Positions 59,283 to 64,000 of a stretch of 64,000 bases of DNA are shown here, in pieces. The DNA comes from Ignavibacteria bacterium (GTDB lineage Bacteria; Bacteroidota; Ignavibacteria; Tepidaquicellales; OLB5). A program made the translations under genes and the position numbers. The stretch is taken from the NCBI GenBank assembly GCA_017303675.1, contig JAFLBX010000002.1, positions 1,300,411 through 1,364,410 on the forward strand. The letters run 5' to 3'. Position 1 is the stretch's first letter; the number at the start of each line of letters is the position of its first letter. The notes beneath the pieces were generated by a model. That model was given only the letters and a program-made list of their open reading frames with translations, had not been told where the DNA came from and ran no database searches.

Positions 59283-60704
59283 ATGCCTGAAAAAATATTA
59301 ATTGGCAGTGAATTCATTACAACCGCCAAAATAAAACCGGTAATAAATCCATATACAAATAAAACAATTGGCGAAGTTTACATTGCAGGTGATACAGAAT
59401 TTAACACTTCTGCGGAATATCTGACAACAGTATCAAAAGAATTTGCAGCACTGCCGGCATATAAAAGGCAGGAATTGCTCTATAACATATCAGCAGGAAT
59501 TAAAGCCAGGAAAAACGAGCTTGCAAAGCTTATTACAGATGAAACCGGCAAGCCCATAAAATTTTCACTGATCGAAGTTGACCGTGCAATTTTAACTTTC
59601 AGGCTTGGAGCCGAAGAATGTTTACGTATTTACGGCGAAGTACTGCCTTTAGATTTACTTCCGGGTTCTGAAAATAAAACAGGCATTGTACGCAGATTCC
59701 CGGTTGGATTGATACTCGGTATAACTCCATGGAACTTCCCTTTGAATCTGGCTGCGCATAAAATATCACCGGCGCTTGCTTCAGGTAATGTGATCATCAT
59801 AAAGCCTTCATCAAGCTCAATTCTCACAGCAATTGCGCTTGGCAGAATTATTTTTGATGTTTGCAAAAAGCTTGGTATAAGTTCAATTCCTTTGAACATT
59901 TTGCCTGTTTCAGGCAGCGATATGGATAACCATATTAGTGACGGCAGAATTAAGCTTATAAGCTTTACAGGCTCAGGTGATGTGGGCTGGGGAATCAAAA
60001 AGAAAACAGACCGGCAGAAAGTTTCGCTGGAGCTCGGCGGAAATGCCGGAGTAATTGTAAATAATGATGCTGATATCGATTCCGCTGCTGCGAAAATTAC
60101 AATTGGCGGATTTTCACAGGCCGGTCAAAGCTGTATTTCTGTTCAGCGGGTTTATGTACACAAAGATATTTATGATACTTTCAAAGGTAAAATTGTTGAA
60201 TCAGCAAAAAATATTAAATATGGTGACCCGTACGATGAAAACACTATAACTGGACCGATGATAACTGAAGATGAAGCTATCCGGGCAGAAAATTGGGTTA
60301 ATGAAGCAAAGAATGCAGGGGCAACTATCCTTTGCGGCGGCAAACGCAGCAGAGCTGTGCTTGAACCTACAGTGATTGAAAACGCGCCCGATACAGCCAA
60401 TGTTAAATGCGCAGAAGTATTTGCCCCCGTAATAACTATTGAAGCTGTAAACAGCATCGAAGAGGCTGTTGAAAAAGTGAACGATTCGCGTTTCGGGCTT
60501 CAGGCAGGACTCTTTACAAATGACATGAATGCAATTATGTATGCTTACAATAACATTCACACAGGCGGAGTGATAATTAACGAAGCTTCGGCATACAGAA
60601 TGGATGCAATGCCATACGGCGGCGTTAAGGATTCAGGCAACACACGCGAAGGCGTGCGCTATGCGATACATGAAATGACTGAAGAGAAAATACTTGTGCT
60701 GTAA
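59283..60704 (+). CDS. Aldehyde dehydrogenase family protein
   Basis: ITPWNFP, KPS, FTGS, LELGGN, AGQSC, EVFAP. Confidence 0.92.
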   Translation: MPEKILIGSEFITTAKIKPVINPYTNKTIGEVYIAGDTEFNTSAEYLTTVSKEFAALPAYKRQELLYNISAGIKARKNELAKLITDETGKPIKFSLIEVDRAILTFRLGAEECLRIYGEVLPLDLLPGSENKTGIVRRFPVGLILGITPWNFPLNLAAHKISPALASGNVIIIKPSSSSILTAIALGRIIFDVCKKLGISSIPLNILPVSGSDMDNHISDGRIKLISFTGSGDVGWGIKKKTDRQKVSLELGGNAGVIVNNDADIDSAAAKITIGGFSQAGQSCISVQRVYVHKDIYDTFKGKIVESAKNIKYGDPYDENTITGPMITEDEAIRAENWVNEAKNAGATILCGGKRSRAVLEPTVIENAPDTANVKCAEVFAPVITIEAVNSIEEAVEKVNDSRFGLQAGLFTNDMNAIMYAYNNIHTGGVIINEASAYRMDAMPYGGVKDSGNTREGVRYAIHEMTEEKILVL

Positions 60705-60713
60705 TTATAAAAA

Positions 60714-60788
60714 TTTGCGAGGAACGAAGTGACGAAGCAATCTTATCAATGATTTAATAAAATGAGATTGCTTCGCTACGCTCGCAAA
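60714..60788. repeat. Compact inverted repeat of the TTTGCGAGG...GAAGCAATCT family between convergent genes
   Basis: TTTGCGAGGAACGAAGTGACGAAGCAATCT-N21-AGATTGCTTCGCTACGCTCGCAAA. Confidence 0.8.
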
Positions 60789-60847
60789 TTAATAACTAAC
60801 CAAATGAAATCCATATCAAGGGCTGAAGACTTCACAGATTTAAAAAA

Positions 60848-61768
60848 TCAACCGAACAATCTTTGTATCAGCCTGTTCTCTACTCCGCAGAATTCGCAGT
60901 CAATGGGCTTTGCGGGGAACTCAGGTACCTTATTTTCAGCGCCGCATGACATACATTTAAATTGCTGCTGAACCTTTGTATTCTTGTGGCAGCTTTCGCA
61001 ATGTACTTTATATGAGCCTTCCGGGATATAAATTTCAGCTTTGCAGTGTTCGCACTCTCCTGTTCTGCCCGATGGCCTTTCGATATCCACGTACTGCATA
61101 CTGAAGCCGGACATTTTCAGAAATTTTTCCTGGTCAGCTTCCGTAAGGTACGGCAGCCATACCTGCACGAACATTGACATCTTCATTTTCATGTGCACTT
61201 GTTGTGGGATAAGATCGTGCATTATAGCATACTTCGGGTTTTCATAAAATACTCTCATCCCGTCTTTTGTCATTCCTATAAAAAATTCTGCCAGCCTGAA
61301 AAATCCTGTGCTTTCAACTTTATTCCCGGTGCCGTCATTATAATATGTCAATGCCTGCTGAAGCTGCTGCTGCTTAATTCCGTACTCCTGCCATTTTGGG
61401 TCAAAACCGTATTCAGTGCTTGATTCCGCGCACACTTCAAGGTAATCTCTGTATTTATATCCGTCATCAATCGATGGCGGAAGGTAAGCAGGGAAAGTAC
61501 GGTAATAATAATCCCAAAAATCTTTTTGCAGGCTGAAATATTGTTCCTTATCTCCGCGCTGCAGGGCAGCCTGAATTTTATTCATAAGCGCAATTTTTGT
61601 TGCCTGATAGTTAAGGGTTTTAACTGTTGATTCGTTCCACTTATCAAGTCCAAGAGTATAGTCAATATCTGTGAATGAGCCGCAGTAATCACACATAATG
61701 TAAGGTGACCTGTATTCATTCACTTTAGGCGCGCCGCAGTTTACACATGTAAATTTCTTTATTTTCAT
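60848..61768 (-). CDS. Hypothetical multi-zinc-ribbon protein
   Basis: Six CxxC motifs: two N-terminal, four C-terminal. Confidence 0.75.
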   Translation of the reverse strand: MKIKKFTCVNCGAPKVNEYRSPYIMCDYCGSFTDIDYTLGLDKWNESTVKTLNYQATKIALMNKIQAALQRGDKEQYFSLQKDFWDYYYRTFPAYLPPSIDDGYKYRDYLEVCAESSTEYGFDPKWQEYGIKQQQLQQALTYYNDGTGNKVESTGFFRLAEFFIGMTKDGMRVFYENPKYAIMHDLIPQQVHMKMKMSMFVQVWLPYLTEADQEKFLKMSGFSMQYVDIERPSGRTGECEHCKAEIYIPEGSYKVHCESCHKNTKVQQQFKCMSCGAENKVPEFPAKPIDCEFCGVENRLIQRLFG

Positions 61769-61898
61769 AAAATTCCTTAATTATTTAGCATTTTAAAAGT
61801 TATGTTTAAACAATTTAAACACAATTTCCAAGATAAACAAAGAAAACATATGTTAAATGTTTGTAAATTATGACTAATATCATTGTTTAAAGTTGTAA

Positions 61899-63356
<1,458 letters not shown>

Positions 63357-63384
63357 GCCAATCAGCAATTAACAATTTACAATC

Positions 63385-63406
63385 AGGGCGCTTAGGCGCC
63401 CTTTTT
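63385..63406 (+). terminator. gdhA terminator
   Basis: AGGGCGC-TTAG-GCGCCCT followed by T run. Confidence 0.8.
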
Positions 63407-63414
63407 AATTGCTT

Positions 63415-63837
63415 TTATGTGTTCTCAAACCCAAATCTTACTGCCGCTTCAAGTATATCAATGTTTATATCCTTGAGTGTTTTGAACTTAATGCAATAAC
63501 CGGTTACGCTTGCCTTGCCAAGTTTTTTCCCGAATGTTTTGGCTAAGTATGACTTATCTTTTATTCCCATAACGTAAACAGATATCCCCGCAGTATTTGC
63601 ACTCAATCCAATTTGATAGAACTCCCTGGTAGTTCCATCAGCATATTTTATGTTTTGCGAGCCATATCCAATATTTGGATTAGAAACTACTTTTCCATTA
63701 CTGTCTTTGCCATCCAGGAACCATAATTTACATTTTGGTTTCAACTTCAGAATTTTTTTGTGCAATTCCTGCATATCGCTTTGTTTTGATTCAGGTTGGC
63801 TTGAAATATACTCTTTTATCTGTTCTTTTATATTCAT
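63415..63837 (-). CDS. DUF1801/YdhG-like protein (likely start MNIKEQ at 63837)
   Basis: NPNIGYG, ANTAGISVY, LGKASVTGYCIKFK. Confidence 0.7.
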   Translation of the reverse strand: MNIKEQIKEYISSQPESKQSDMQELHKKILKLKPKCKLWFLDGKDSNGKVVSNPNIGYGSQNIKYADGTTREFYQIGLSANTAGISVYVMGIKDKSYLAKTFGKKLGKASVTGYCIKFKTLKDINIDILEAAVRFGFENT

Positions 63838-63841
63838 ATTA

Positions 63842-64000
63842 TTATTTTTTAAGTTCCTCAGCAAGACCTATCAGCAGCCCGTCCGCTGCGCGGATATAAC
63901 AAAGCCTGTATGAATTTTCATACTGAACGACCTCCCCCTCAAGTTTAGCGCCATGTTTGGTTAATTTTGTTACCATTTCATCAATATCTTCCACTGCGAA
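63842..64000 (-). CDS. 3' fragment of a VOC/glyoxalase family protein (runs off window edge; absent from ORF track)
   Basis: Translation FAVEDIDEMVTKLTKHGAKLEGEVVQYENSYRLCYIRAADGLLIGLAEELKK-stop. Confidence 0.75.
   Translation of the reverse strand, partial: FAVEDIDEMVTKLTKHGAKLEGEVVQYENSYRLCYIRAADGLLIGLAEELKK

Noticed and set aside
60762-60971. ORF starting MRLLRYARK
   Set aside because: Starts inside a repeat arm and runs antisense into the zinc-ribbon gene

Overview
AT-rich bacterial chromosomal window, most likely from an Ignavibacteria-type (FCB group) genome. This is inferred from the QNYPNPFNP-type T9SS C-terminal domains, a SprE/PorW-like lipoprotein and a CIRCE box before groESL. 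Contents in order: the end of a polysaccharide locus; a diheme cytochrome c; nine T9SS cargo genes (six in one tandem array); sprE-hinT-S9 peptidase-ccmE-like operon; a barrel-fused SppA; a BNR-repeat paralog cluster; dnaX-speB; tRNA-Ser followed by a small GIY-YIG nuclease bracketed by ~105-bp direct repeats; a multi-PAS two-component cluster; tRNA-Thr; rdgB; a heterodimeric ABC exporter; groES-groEL; a PLD-family gene; two SDRs; methylmalonyl-CoA mutase N-domain; ALDH; gdhA. No prophage, IS transposase or CRISPR array was seen. The most striking unexplained signal is a set of short palindromic (REP-like) repeat families. They occur after terminators, nested in each other, as a fixed-length 118-bp bipartite unit with covarying stems, around the tRNA-anchored GIY-YIG gene, in-frame inside two specific loops of T9SS sorting domains, and across the 5' end of the PLD gene. 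All calls come from motif recognition by eye; no database searches were run.
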